From: Octopus sinensis
Lineage: Eukaryota
Reading direction: 5' to 3'
DNA: 64,000 nt
Assembly (NCBI RefSeq): GCF_006345805.1
Contig: NC_043014.1
Coordinates: forward strand, 52,886,001 to 52,950,000
The notes under the pieces are model-generated. The model worked only from the letters and a program-made list of their open reading frames with translations. It did no database searches and was not told where the DNA came from. The translations under genes were made by a program, and so were the position numbers. This document shows positions 25,770 through 39,239 of this stretch, one piece after another; position 1 is the first letter of the stretch; every line of letters starts with the position of its first letter.

Positions 25770-25932
25770 AATAGCAGTCAAATCTTCTCAGTGTCTAAAG
25801 AAAAGACATGTTATATATCTTAGGCTGAGATGAACTGCATGAAAAGACTGGATAGCCACAGTTGGAATGTTTTTGATCTTACGTCTGCTTGATCAGGACA
25901 GCTGACCTGGGGTTAAACAACAACAACAACAA
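25770..25932 (+). mobile_element. Dispersed repeat family C with (AAC)n tail
   Basis: tagcagYcaaatct...gaccTggggYtaaacaacaacaac recurs at about 48640-48830, 51960-52150, 56330-56680 and 61480-61920. Confidence 0.65.
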
Positions 25933-28755
25933 TAAAAGCAGCAATTAAACATTACAGAGACTGAAACTGTACTGAACCCTACCAACATCAATATTTGATT
26001 GCATTTAACCAGAGACATCTTCAACTTAAGCATGCCCAATGATGGCAGGGACTATGCACTCACTCCACCTGCTGGTCTATGATTAGCGTAGAATCCTCGT
26101 TTTCATTTCCTGAAAATAGATGTTCTGAGCCATTTGCTGATCCCACTCCAGTTATTTTTTCAAGAATTTAAAAACATTTTCTTTCATCAAGAGCCTAAAG
26201 CCATTTTCTTTTTCTTTTCTTTTCTTCTTGTGATAATGGTACAGCACTGCCACTTGCTCCATGCCATTGGACTGCCCACGGCAATGATACTCTATCTAAT
26301 CATAAAGTTCCTCTTAACAACACTCGTTTTCCTGCTGCAATCTATAGAGGCCCCAGTACAACTCCACTACTTCAGGTGAGAAGTTTATTTTGTTTTCAAG
26401 AAAATAAAATTAGTTGAAATTATTTCAGAGCTAGAGATGAACTTCACTCAGAGGTGTTTGTAGCTTCAGCCTCCACAAGTTATTATTACTCACACGAGAT
26501 TCTCTATACAAAAAATACTATGTAAACTAAATAACAAGGTCTGCAAACACACCATCCAAGTGTGTGTGTGTGTATATTTATATATATAAAGAGAGAGAGA
26601 GAGAACATGAGAGGAGAGAGAGCTGTAGAATCGTATCCTTTGATGTGAAACATAAAAACATGAAAAGTAATAATTATGTATCTTTACATTAAAAAGAAAA
26701 AATGCCAGAAAGTATCCCACATAAAAGCTGACACACCTGGGAAAAACAAAAAGAACTTCTATCAAGTGATAGCATGAGTCAGGGAAAATGGCTGATGAAT
26801 TCTGGGTGGTGGGGTAGGGGTCACGAGGAGGCACACAAGATGGGTTTAGCATTGTTTCACGAATTCAAAATTTATACAAAACAATGAAATTTTCTCTTTT
26901 GCCAATGCAAGAGGTGAACAGTTCAAATCCACGGAACATCTCTAAGACATCCAACAACAAGGAATATCAAGCAAATGCATCGACAATGAATTTTCAAGAT
27001 TAAGCATTCCAATCGACCAACCAATTGATTAATTGCTTAAATGGCTGAGTATTCCTGAAACGTTTCATGTTTCTTTTTTTATGTAATCCCCAACTGAAAC
27101 CAACTGGACAGAGTGTGTGACAAGGCCAGCCCTTTGCATTACAGGCTGCAGTCCAGCCATTCAACAGGCTTCCACCCAGTTTTCTATTTACAAGGTTTGG
27201 GTTGATTCAAGGCTAGGGTAACAAACACGTCTTCAAGATGCCATACAGTGAGATTGAACTTTGCACCTTATGATCACAAAGCAAACTTCTTAATCACTTT
27301 GTCAAGCCTCCCTGTGTGGAACTGGCCAGCTGTAGCAGTCTAGCTTAGACTTCATTATTTAGCTGCTCCCTTCCTCCCACTGCTGCTCTTTATTCATGAA
27401 TTATGTTGGATTCAAATTTTAAGGGGATCCAGTCTCTATTTTTAAGGACATAAGGGTGTTTCTCAAATGGTGAGTTTGGTTGCACATTAAGGTCAAACAT
27501 CTCCATGGTAAACATATCCTTTCACCACCACCTGGTCAGTCTGTTGCAAGTATTCAGACCGGGTCACTAATGAAGGACAATTTCCATCTTTCCTACCACA
27601 GAGAACCAGGAATAAGGTCAGAGGAGTTTCTTGTTGATCTTTTTTAACTTTAAGGGAAGTTTTAAACTTTTGTAGGGAAAACATTCACATAGAAAGCTAT
27701 GGAACCTCTTCTAAAACAGTAGGGGTCTGTTGTTGGAGGTTTGTTTGGTTACACTGACCAGTTAAGACTAAAAAAAATTTATCATAAATCTACTGACATA
27801 GAACCAGTGTAGAAGCCACAATGGTGTTGTTCATTGCTAGAAAAAGCAACCAAATCTCCCTCACATCCCACGAAAATGAAAAATACATTGGACAAAATGG
27901 TCCTGGATGTACTGTGTCTAAATAATAGGCAGGTTGGTTATGGTAGCAATCAAAGAGATTGGGCAAATGTAGGAACGAAGGCAATCAAACCACGGACAGA
28001 AGGTTACTATAGTAACCCCACAAAACCCAAGAAATGGATTAAGTCTACTACACAGCTGCCTGACTTCATCTTAGGGCTAGCTTGGACAGAAAGTACTCTT
28101 TTTAAGACAGGACTTTACAACAACAACAACAGCACTCATTGAACGATGGACCCAGGCAGGGTGGGGCCAGGGAAATACTTGAAAGATGTTTTAAAATGGT
28201 TTTGATAAAAATCATAAATTTATTTTTAAACTAATAAAAATAAAAAATTACCTGAAATGTGTTTGTTGTGTGTGTGTGAGTGTACGCATTACTCCTGTTA
28301 TTGTTTGTTTGTTTGTTTTATAATCATGATTCCTTTTATCATAATTAATGATTTTTAAACAATCAACATCATCATCATCATTTGATATTTACTATCCTAT
28401 GCTTGCCCGAGTTGGACAGAGTTTACTGAGGCAATTTTTCTCTGGCCAGATGATGCCCTTCCTCTCCCAACCCCCACCAAATGAGAAAATAATCTTCTTG
28501 TCAATCAACAAAAAGCCAGGAGGAGAACTGGAAGCAGCTATATATACACATACACACATATATATATAAATATATACATAGATAGATAGATACTAAACTA
28601 CCCACAACATGATGGGTCACCTGGAAAGTCTGAGTTCCCCAGCAACAGAGTTTTGTTTGGTGGGTTTTTTTTCTTTTCCAGGTTATTTCGCATGCTTTCA
28701 ACAAATGTGACATTGAAATCATGCATAAACAGCTCCTTTCCCCAGAAAAGGAAAG

Positions 28756-28866
28756 ATTTGGCTGCTATTTCTTGCACACCCTGCTACCATGTAACAGGTA
28801 TTTCGGGTCCTTTATCGCAAATAGCTGTTATGTGGTAGCAGGGTGTGCTAGAAATAGCAGCCAAAT
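28756..28866. repeat. Inverted repeat / long hairpin (34-bp arms with 1 mismatch, plus an inner stem)
   Basis: atttggctgctatttcttgcacaccctgctacca (28756-28789) versus 28833-28866. The inner taacaggtattt pairs imperfectly with aaatagctgtta. Confidence 0.9.
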
Positions 28867-29052
28867 ATGTTGAATGCACTCAAAAAATTTTTTGCAAAGG
28901 TATATTCCCTTGGGGCGATCTTTCGCTTTGACTCTCAGAACTGATTTTGTTCATTAATTATTGTAAAAATTTATTTTACTTTTGTTTTAAAGTGAAAGAT
29001 GTATGAAGTTGTATATGAAATGGACAAGTGTGTCTGAGTGAGTGAGAGAGAG

Positions 29053-29091
<39 letters not shown>

Positions 29092-29679
29092 CACTTATAC
29101 ATGAAAACACATATGTCCACTCATTCACTCTCTCTCTCACACATACACATGTATATACAAAAAAGATGTATGCATATGTATTGATGTATGTATATATATA
29201 TATATATATGACAACACACCTGTTTCATTCACTCACTTTATCTTTTTCTCTTTCTCTCTCTCTTTCACACACACACACACACACACACGTCCATTTCATA
29301 TACACATACATACATCTTTCACTTGAAAATAATTAAAAAAGACATTGAAATATTGTCTGTTTAAAGAAAGCTAAAATATAAATAATTCCTGTACAAGCAA
29401 CTTACATTTTGGAAATCACATTCACTTAAAAATGATTCCAAATGATTAAAATATTGCGTACGTTAAAAAGTCAACTTGTTTTTTTCTTAGAGTGTGAAGA
29501 CTATGTGTATGTATATGTCACAAATTGTGGATGTGTGTTTATGTTGACTTGCCATGACATTCATTATATGTATGTGTGTTGATGTCACAGAAGCTATGAT
29601 TTTTCATCAAGAAATAACAAACAAAAATTGTGTTTAATCGTTTTCATTAATCTCGTGGCCTATGCCAGGGCCGTAACCA

Positions 29680-30306
29680 GCCCACTTATGCGTACCTTTT
29701 CCTTCTTTGGACACTAAAACTCTGGTTGTGAAGACCTGTTGAGACAAGTGAAATCAAAATCAAATTCGATGACTGGCGTCCGTGCTAGCAGGATGCAAAG
29801 AGCACCATACGAGTGTGATCATTGACAGAGTGGCTAACCGGCTTATGTGCCAGTGACACATAAAAGGCACCATTTGAGTGTGATCGTTACCAGCGTCACC
29901 TTACTGGCACTCGAGCCCCATGCTAGTAGGGTGTTAAGAGCACCATTCGAGTGTGATCGTTGCCAGAGTGGCTATCTGGCCTCCGTGCCAGTGGCACGTA
30001 AAAGACACCATTCGAGCGAGATCGTTAACAGCATCACCTTACTGGCACCTGTGCCGGTAGCATGTGTAAAAGATTTGAGCGAGGTCGTTGCCAGTACTGC
30101 CAGTACTGCCCTTGTGCCAGTGGTACGTAAAAGCACCCACTACACTCTTGGAGTGGTTGGCATTAGGAAGGGCATCCAGCTGTAGAAACTCTGCCAGATC
30201 AAGTTTGGAGCCTGGTGCAGCCATCTGGTTCGCCAGCCCCCAGTCAAAATCGTCCAACCCATGCTAGCATGGAAAGCAGATGTTAAACGATGATGATGAT
30301 GATGAT
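29680..30306 (+). mobile_element. RTE 3' UTR-only copy with expanded internal modules and (GAT)n tail
   Basis: Repeated gccagtggcacgtaaaag(a)cacc-like modules, terminal stem ccatgctagcatgg at 30259-30272, and a (gat)n tail. Confidence 0.85.
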
Positions 30307-31044
30307 GATTAATAAATAGAGGTTCAAATATCATCAAATACTTGAACTGCACTGCCGAAGGTAAGTATGAAAATAAATATGCAAAAGCAATTAAGGTAAA
30401 ATATACTATTTCTCAGAGATTTCAGGTACACACAAACAACTCTTAGAGTTTTAGTATTATTAAGATATATATATATATATGTATGTATGTATGTATATAG
30501 TATATATATATATATAAAGATCCATATGTCATTACTGTGTAGAGTAACTTAATTCTAATAAAGTGTAAGATTTTTATAGCTTTTATAGCTTTGGTTGTAG
30601 GTTTTCCAAATGGACAATCACTGTTTCACCATGTTGAAGATGGTGAGAGGAGAAATAAAATGGGAATTCAGCTCCAAAGTTATATTTCCCCTTGGCTGGA
30701 CATGTTTTCATAGAGGATTGGAAGTGAAGGGCAGTACTTGTTTGATAGTGATCCTTATTTACTATCGTTAAGTAATGTCATGACAAGGAGACAACAACAA
30801 ACAAACACACACAAACATTCACAAGGTTTTGGTTGACTTGGGGCTATCACAGAAGACACTTGTCCGAGGTACCATGCAGTGAGACTGAGCCCAAAGCCAT
30901 ATGAATAGGAAACAAACTTCTTAACCATACAGTCATATATATATATATATATATACACACACGCATTTTTCTTTTTTTATATTTTTGGATTATCTACTAA
31001 TATGGTTGTGAGCACACATTCTCACTGCTTGATATTAGCAAGTG

Positions 31045-31120
<76 letters not shown>

Positions 31121-31329
31121 GAAAATAGTAAAAAGTGAAAAAACTACAGAAGGCTTGTTTTAAAAGGTTAAAGAATATATATTTAAGTCAATATGTCTGA
31201 AGAATATTATAAATTTTTTTCTTACAATGACATAATTTAGAAGACCGGTTTCGCGTTTAGCTTTTCAAATTTCTTACGTCGTTATGTTTATGTTGAGAAG
31301 AGTTCTAAACCAACTTTCTTATCTATATA

Positions 31330-31391
<62 letters not shown>

Positions 31392-31499
31392 AAACGTTCA
31401 CACACACACACTTAGGTAGCCAAAAACAAAGTAAAAGAAATGACAGAAAACAAGAGAAAAAAAACATTGTAAAAGTTTAGAAGATTTTCGAGAACTGAC

Positions 31500-31718
31500 C
31501 GGCAGCCACTCCAACCAGCAGCACACAAACCCAGCCTGACCATGCGTCGTGAGCACTCTTGATCTTCTCCCACAATCCTTCGGCTTTTCTCTTGATGATG
31601 TTGCGATGTCGCATGCGGTCCCGTGCAATGTCACGCAACCAGTCAATGGTGTGGAAATCATCATACTGTCCTATTCCTGGTGGCAGGTCATCAAGGGTGT
31701 CCATCAAATTTGTGGACC
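31500..31718 (-). CDS. CLCN3: CLC exon: (G)STNLMDTLDDLPPGIGQYDDFHTIDWLRDIARDRMRHRNIIKRKAEGLWEKIKSAHDAWSGWVCVLLVGVAA(G)
   Basis: Acceptor tttttattccag|GG and donor G|gtcagt. 219 nt, phase 1 to 1. YDDFHTIDW signature. Joins the exon at 11474 across a 20,025-bp intron. Confidence 0.96.
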
Positions 31719-33834
31719 CTGGAATAAAAAGGGAAGAGAAAGAAAAACAAAGATTAATAAAGTAACGTTGATGGCCAGCAAGTTATGGAGCAAATGAAAT
31801 TCTTCTACAATTTGCTCTGTATCCTTCTTTTTACAAATAAATAAAGTTGGATGTTTCAGTTTAGGAATGGGAATATCCTTATCTTGAAGGGTTTTCATCC
31901 TCATGTTCTTTTTTCTCAGTTATATAAATTAATAAATCAGAAACATTTCCATAATGTGGAGGACTCAAGAGAGATGGTGAAGGAAAGACAAATAGGCTAG
32001 AAAGAGAAAGACAAAGAAAGATGCAGAGAGAGAGAGAGAGGCATAAGAAGAGAGACAAAGATAGAGATATAAAGAAAGGAGGCATAGCAACTGAAGATCG
32101 GGGCTGGCTGAGTTGCTAAGCAACAATATTTGCACAATTCATAATCAGGAACTTTATTCTAGAAAGTTCACAACACACATTACCTTTCACTCTTCATAAA
32201 ACAGATGGGAATCTCCCAGAACTTATACTTCACCATCTTAAAAATGGTAGACAATATGGCCCTTGATAGACTATGCCTCATTTATGGAGCCCAGACTGTC
32301 ACAGACGATCATTGTAGAGTTAATGATAGGATGAATGCTGTAGCATGTTATGAAGCTAATCTAATCTTCTGAAGTGATGTCCTCTGAAAACATTAGCTGT
32401 TGGTGGGAAACAAAAAGCATCTCATACTGCCAGCATCCAACAAAATGAAAACAAAATTGAAAGAGTGCCTTGGACAAAGAGGCAACATATGAAAGTGTTG
32501 TATTCCTGTAGAAGTGATTATTTATTGTAAAGAACAAAATGAAGGAAAGTGTTGTGGATGTGCTAATGTGTGAAGCCTCATGAGAGAGCAATCCAATTGA
32601 GTTTGATGGAACATAGATGTCTGTTCATTCCTCAAGTTTGCTAAATTTATTTCTTTTCCTGTACAACCATAGTTTATATGGGCAATTCGGAAAAAGTTTA
32701 ACCCTCACTCGAATTTGCTAATAATATATATTATGTAAATATAATAAATAAGTCAATCATGATGGACAGAGAGGAGAATGGGAATCAAAACGATGAAGCA
32801 GGCGTGCACTGATAATATACTCTGGCACATCTGAACATGAAAATGCTAATCACTGATGTATTTTAACAGTGGAGAACAACTTCCCCTTTCACAACATGCC
32901 AGGTCGATTGAGTTAAGAGGACGGAGACACAGCAATATTGCAATAAGCTGGTTGTATCACTTCAGTCAAAGCTATCCCTGGATCAACAAGAACGGTGTCT
33001 GAATAGGAATGAAATTATTCATTAACTGTTCTGATGAATTATAAAGGTGTTGAAACATCTCTTATGGAGGGTGGGAGGGAAAAGAAACAATGATATGGCA
33101 GACTTTCACTGGATTTGAACTTGTACTCTTTTGATCTGCAATAAAGCTAAATATAAACAATGGCAGAAAAAAAAAGTCTTTCAGATAAATACAATACAGA
33201 AGACTACACTTTAAGTGGATTTGAAATCTCATCTCTTTCAACACAGAGCTAGGGTTAGGTGGGTAAAGTGTGGGAGAGATTGCCAAGCAGTACAGTTTCT
33301 GGCACTCAACATCCTGAGTTCAAATACAATGGAATTAAGTGTGTCTTTCATTCTTTCAACATCAATAAATGAAATACCAGTTCTATATCCATTTCTTCTC
33401 TTCTTCCCTCTCTTTCTCTCCTTTCTAAAAAATCCTTTGTGGTGACTAGAGATGAATGGTATCTGTGAGACATAATATTACCCAAGATAGACTTTATGAT
33501 ACAACAGAGCTGAAGGCCCCAAGGCAAAACAAGGCCCCATTCTTTAAATTGAATAATAATTATTTCTAACCCCAAAAAGAGAGCAATAAATAAATAAACT
33601 ATTCAAGTAGCAGGAAATGAGATTTAGGACATTTGGGTTTGATGCAAAATCAATTTAAATGAAAACTGAGTTTTTTCCCTCTGAAATTTAGACAGAAGCT
33701 TTTTGTTTTGTTTTTTAATATTTAAGATAAAAAAAAAATAACCCAGATGTTACCGACTCAAAAATTGTATAACCTTACAGACAACTGATGTGTTAGGGTA
33801 CAGTAAATGAAATATGCTATGTAAATATAGAATC

Positions 33835-33880
<46 letters not shown>

Positions 33881-36329
33881 TACATACAACTAGCAAAATC
33901 ATCAGAGCACTGAGGCAAAAAAAAAAAAAAAAAAAAAAGGTTGTGTAATTTATTTTGGCTTTTTACATTCTGAAAGTCAACTTTTACCTTTCGTCAACAA
34001 TAAACTGAAGAACTGAATCACCAGTTGAGTAAAGGAGTTCATGGAATCAGTTAATGCCCTCTACTTCTGAAATCAGAAACCATTTTTACACATACACGTA
34101 TGTAAAATGGAAGCCTTAGAAACCTTGCCATGATGCAGTGCTCCAACCCATCAGATCCTGTCAAACGGTCCAATCCATGCTAGCATGCAAAATAGAAGTT
34201 CCCCATGCCAAAGAAGATGGGACACAATGAATTCCTCTGTCCAGTCCAACTTGCATGGGAGACTGAAGTTAAATCTACCAGATCTGCTCTCAAGGCTTCG
34301 TTTAGACTACGGCCCAAGGTACCATAATTTATGCATGTAAATGGGATGCATTCAGCTTCATTTATGATTTAAAATTACAAAGTCTTATCATTGATAATGT
34401 TGTCATCATTCTTGTAACTAACAGTTTATAATTTTGATTTCTTTTGAAAGTTAATATATAAACAGGAGGCAAAGACTACACAAAGAAAAAAAGGAGAAAC
34501 AGGACACACGTATTTGTCATCTTCTCCTGCCCAATTTGTCCCAGGATCCATATAAATTTTTCCACTGACAGTGTATAGTACTACCCACTTTGAAAAGCAT
34601 CACTATGCAGTTGCTCAACTTCCTCAAAGAACCTGTATCCACACAGTCATATTTTTGGTTAAGAATCCACAGCTCAGTTGGGCAGCAACAGTGATTTGGT
34701 CACAAAAACCAGGGGTTCAAATCATGTTTTATGCATTTCTGTTTCAAATATAAAAACGGGGATGGAGTAGGGTCTATTCTGATCTGTTAAAGCAACACCA
34801 ACACAGTTGTACCATGGCAGGATAGTGTGGTTTGGGTCTTTAATTGCATTCCATAGTTAAGGGTGTTTAAAGCTTTTGTTGTATAATCCTTATAATTCCA
34901 ATGAAAAGGCAAAGAGAAGGGAACCAGTGTTTCTTCACTACACAATTGTATAGGGCTCTTCTTAGGGTGCATTCACTTGACTTCAATAATTCTGTAACTC
35001 ATGAAGGAGAAGAGATGGCAAGTATAAGGTAAATAATAGAGTTTTAAAGGATATTCTCTCCTTCACTGCTACCAATGTGGAACTTATGCCATTTTAATAA
35101 TCAAATACTTCAGGAAAACATACAAATTCAAAACTCAACAATTTTATAGTTTTCAAAATAGCCATGGAATTTGGCTGGACACAATTCTGAGAGAGCTATG
35201 AAGACAAAAATCTTACGCTTTTGAAATATTTCATAAAATATCAAATATTCATAAACATGCTGTACAATCAGCCATGAAAGGCATAAGGGCCACAACACAA
35301 CATTTAATGTAAACAAAAACTAACAAATATTAGTATGAGAAATGTATGGAATGTTAAGAGCAGCCAAAAGGAAAGTGTCAAACATGGTTATTGATTTGTC
35401 AAAAATGGATGACCACAGTAAAGGATTGCGAAGCACTGGCGTGTGTCAGTTTATCAATATCTTTTATTTGTCTACATCTTTCTTTCTTTTTCTCTGTGCA
35501 TGTATGCGCGCACACACACACACACACACACATACACACAATGTAGAGAGACAGATCCAGTGTGTGTGTGTGTGTCTATCTGTTCATATGTCTGTTAGTT
35601 CCCAATAAAAAGCAACCAGTACTAAAACAGCAACCAATGACAGGGAGAGCAGACCTAACTCATCCCCGCCCCCCCCTACAGCTTAGATGGAGAAAGGATA
35701 AATAAGGGAGTTTTGTTTAATGAACAGTTTAGCAACCTAGACAAAAACAATAACAACAACAGTCCACATAATCCTTCCCCCCCCCAACCTCACCACGAAC
35801 AGAGCTTAGTTCTTAACACCTGCTTGGAATTAGTGAGAAACAGACTGTATAAGCTTTGGAACACCTACACGAGACTTCTACAGGCTGAGGAGATATTAGT
35901 AAGAGTTGCATAAATGATTAACAACCGTCTGACTCACCCCACCAAATGACTTCTTAAGCTTTTAACATTTAAACTGGTCTTAGCTGACCTAAATATTCTA
36001 CCAGTTTTATGTTCAAATTGACCAGATCCTGCCTATCACACCTACCCTACACTATCATTCTACAAATGAACAATGACATCATCAAAATCTCAAAGCTACA
36101 ACATAACGAATGATTCAAACCAATGTGACTAAATAAGCCTTACATTTGAGATTGGAATGCTAAAAGCTCAATGTTTTGCGGGTGCAAAGGACAGGTTTTT
36201 CTCATCAGACATTGGGAGAAGAGGAAGAGGTTCAAGATGGTTTCTAGGTATTAAGTTACTTTTGGTCAGCTCAGGTCGCATAGTGTTAATGCTATGAAAG
36301 CAACACCAGTTATTCTCTAACCCATGTGT

Positions 36330-37060
36330 TTATATAGGTGGTAGGGATTAAACATCCTGCTCTTGTGCATGGGCCAACTGGGTGTAAGATAATCTATTCA
36401 GACTGTCAGCTGCCAGTGACATGAAATTCAAGCCACCAGCAGCCGTTAACAGGGCAAACATCTGGTGATAATAACGAAATAGTTCATTCTTCCTGTTGAC
36501 AGATACTACAGGGCAGTGGAGTGTATATAGTTTCTTGTAGAGATAGAGTTGGCAAATCCAAGTTCCAGGTGAGTAAGGGGGTGAGCCTTGTCAGTGATAT
36601 TCCATTTGATGTTGAGGAAGTCATTCTGATGGTTACAAAGTCTCCAGAGGTAGTGAAACAGGGAAATGAAGTTTTCTCTATACCTGCAGCTGAAGGAGTG
36701 CATGTGCTATGTATACCTTCTCTTAAAAATCAATGATTGTCTTGTTGATGTAGTGTCTTGTGTTTCTATCTGATCATGTGAAGGTGACTCTACAGGATCC
36801 TCCCAGTGGGCAGTTGGTAAGATTTCATCAGTTTTATGCTGGGGGTGCAAATTGGAGACTATATATGTTGTCTTTGGATCTATTGTAGTGAGTGATGGTG
36901 TCTAGGCAGGAGTAACTGACCATAATATTGTGGGTGTTGAAGAGTTTATAATGCCTATGAGTTCCAGGGAAATGGTCTTAATTAGTGACTGTTAGCAGAA
37001 ACGTCTACGTTGAATGAGGGATTGAGCCAGGTATCTTTCTCTTTCTGACAATCTTTGGGT
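36330..37060 (-). mobile_element. Penelope-like element fragment (decayed)
   Basis: The minus strand gives WLNPSFNVDVSAN, HFPGTHRHYKLFNTHNIMVSYSCL and CPVNGC, resembling Penelope WFNPPF / HFP..H.YHKIFN..VSYSC / CPL.G.C. Confidence 0.65.
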
Positions 37061-38229
37061 CTGAGGATAGATTATCCTCCATATATACGAACTTATTAGT
37101 GAATCCAAACATTGCTAGCATTTTGACAACATCCTATCCGAGCGCATGGGCCTAAAAATAACAAAAATAATAGGTGTTCTTTCAACAGCATTAGCACATG
37201 ACCTGAGCTGACCTGCAGAAGTCACTTTTCTTCTGATATCTGATGAGATGGATGTATCCTATGTCATACTGACCTGAATCAAACCATTATTCAATACACC
37301 TACCCACCCAACATATAGTAAGATGTTGTTCACCTCCATGTTTGGGGGGGGGGGGCAAAAAGCATGTAGCAACTGACCCCACTGTGTGTCAAACAGACTG
37401 ATGATGACAGTGTTGATGATGAAATAGCAAGACACAAGCACATATATGCAGAGACACATATATACATACACAGCTGTGTGTGTGTGTGTATACATACATA
37501 CACACAATTATTAATGGAAGCAGAATTGGAACTGAATAGCAATGTTTATATCTTAATGTAGATATACCTTAAGAATGCCATAAACCATAATATCTGTCCT
37601 GAGAAAACATCTTGTGTAAATGCATAGTGGTAAAAAGCATAGAATAGCAGTGGACAAACATATCCAGCTCCAGTGTTGGAACTGTTAGATCACATGATTT
37701 CAGCAGGTTTGCACTTCCTCAGCAGTAGGTATCCACTATCACTGTATGCTAGTTAAATTCTCTCGCTCTCTCTATATATATACACACACACCGTCATTAT
37801 TGTCTGAGCATCAATTTTTCCTTGCTTTTTTATGGATCAGACGATGTGTATTGAAGTAGATTTTCCATTGCCATTTGTCCTTGTTGATGTCAATCCTCAC
37901 CGATTTCCAAGAAAGATAATATTTCCCTATGGCCAGATGAATTTTAAACAAACTATAGGAAAGGAATGGCATTATATGACAGAGGTGCTTATTTCCAACT
38001 GTATTTATCCTCCGCCACATGCATTCCAGATCAACACCTACACAAAATTCATCTCTTTTTAACTTCCATATCTATACCAAACTGCAACCTTCTCCACGCC
38101 TATTATCCATTTACTACAAGAGCACCCCATACTTCTTGCACCCTATGCTTCATCAAGCTCACTGGCTGATCAGTTTTTACAATTTTATACCAACAACTCC
38201 CGGTAGCATATGTACTTCACTCCTGACTC

Positions 38230-38960
38230 CTCAGAAACAGTTAAGTGCAAGTCCAACCCTGTCCCTTTAAGTATGTCTCACCATGCACCCCACACAACAA
38301 AAGCCTAACTGCAGTCCTAGGTTATTCAGCAAAGCAACAACTGCAAGGACATTATCCAAACCATAAAAGATAGACTTTATGTATCACATTACTCTCAGGT
38401 TATCTCATCTTCCAAATTGCAATTGGTCCTTTTGATTTCCACTAATTTTGCAGAATCCTCTTTCCCTCTACAATAAGGATAGTTCTTTACACAATAAACC
38501 TACGGAGAAAGCCCCCACCATTGCTGCTCACTTTGCAACCAGCTCCACACTGTATGCAGATGGTAAATAGCTTCCAACTGTATCTCTTGCCACCTTCCCA
38601 TCCCCACATATGCCAAGTGCTAAAGTATCTTCAATCAATTCAAACCAACAAGGTTTCCAGTCCTGATGCTACTCCTCCCATTAACTTCAAATAATGCACC
38701 AAACTCTTCCCTTCCTCTTGCTATACAGGGATCTCCTCAATCATGGGAAATGCATGGAAGTGTATCCTGCTCCCCCAAAAGGCAAGTTTCAGGCTAATAA
38801 CTGGTGCATTGCCCAAGAAAGGTAACTTAACCAACTACTGCTGCTTCAAGACTCTCGCTGGAGACAGTTATAAACAATGATAACCTCCAACACAGTAAAT
38901 CTCACCCCAACATCAGTATGATTTCCATAAAACCAGATGCACTGGTGACTAATGACAAAC
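38230..38960 (+). mobile_element. Heavily decayed CR1/L2/Jockey-type RT fragment
   Basis: Remnants of the SPD(G), WK..V.P.PKKG, NY and QY(G)F...TGD motifs across broken frames. Confidence 0.45.
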
Positions 38961-39239
38961 GCTAATTGTGTATACAGGACTAACACTCACCATGCCAGTG
39001 GTGTATGTAGTAGTTAAGTGGAAACATACAGATATGTACGAGAACCCCTCGACTGACATCAAACAATTATACATTCCATTTCAGGCACAGGAAACAGACA
39101 TTGTGCATCAACCCCTCTCGCTATGGGATAATCTGATAAAGTGAAAAAAAAAAACTCTTTCAAGGCTGCAACTATTAATGTTAGGTCTGGTGGGAATTAC
39201 AGGGATGCAAGAATAGGGGCTAGCAGAAGTGTGCTGTGT

